From the IMG/VR virus record IMGVR_UViG_3300017971_000201, positions 95,665 to 159,664 of that record: a stretch of 64,000 nucleotides of DNA, one strand, 5' to 3'. This document shows, one piece after another, positions 63,749 to 64,000 of this stretch (within the stretch, counting starts at the first letter, position 1; the number at the start of each line of letters is the position of its first letter). The notes under the pieces were generated by a model, which was not told the origin of the DNA, did not search any database, and saw only the letters and a program-made list of their open reading frames with translations. A program made the position numbers and the translations under genes. The stretch is from a virus.

Positions 63749-63967
63749 ATGAGAGGGCGCCGAGTGCTCATCACCTTCGACCACGAGGTCGATGCAGACG
63801 AGGTAGCCAAGGCGGTCGAGCACCTGGGCGAGATCGTGCCGCCCATCGTCGTCGTCGGCCGGAACGTGCAGATCGAGAGCCGACCGCCCGACATCTGCCT
63901 GCGCGAGGTCAAGCCAGAGGAGGAGGCGATCCGCCGGATCGTCCGAGACGAAATGAGCCGCCTGTGA
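63749..63967 (+). CDS. hypothetical protein
   Basis: 72-aa ORF behind a GGGTAGAAC box. Confidence 0.5.
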   Translation: MRGRRVLITFDHEVDADEVAKAVEHLGEIVPPIVVVGRNVQIESRPPDICLREVKPEEEAIRRIVRDEMSRL

Positions 63968-64000
63968 GTGCCACGATGAAGAAGGCGAAGAAGCGGAAGA

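Noticed and set aside
1-64000. tRNA/rRNA genes, integrase, terminase, DGR or retron reverse transcriptase
   Set aside because: No recognisable motifs found by eye in this window

Overview
A GC-rich segment of a large T4-like (gp20/gp21/gp23-type head module) dsDNA phage; the host is not determinable. The left end encodes a compact type V CRISPR effector of the Cas12m/V-U1 family with an intact D-E-D RuvC triad, followed directly by a 6-repeat array and no cas1/cas2. Next comes a minus-strand head operon: two free-standing, catalytically degenerate Hint (intein-fold) proteins, portal with intein, two core proteins, protease-scaffold with intein, and major capsid protein. A 1.65-kaa multidomain protein (SF1 helicase, 2H phosphoesterase, zincin, DUF5661-like) and several basic proteins carry L/I-x-E sites typical of prohead-protease substrates. 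The rest is about 90 small accessory genes, many behind a GGTAGAAC promoter box often lying exactly 6 nt before the start codon. The most striking unexplained signal is a shared ~10-residue amphipathic tag ([SPD]A[VI][DE]xL[AG]x[LVI]) in about 40 otherwise unrelated small proteins, including three built from fragments of capsid and portal proteins. A repeat-rich, gene-poor region at about 49.7-54.9 kb may be an origin or control region. All calls were made by eye from motifs; no searches were run.
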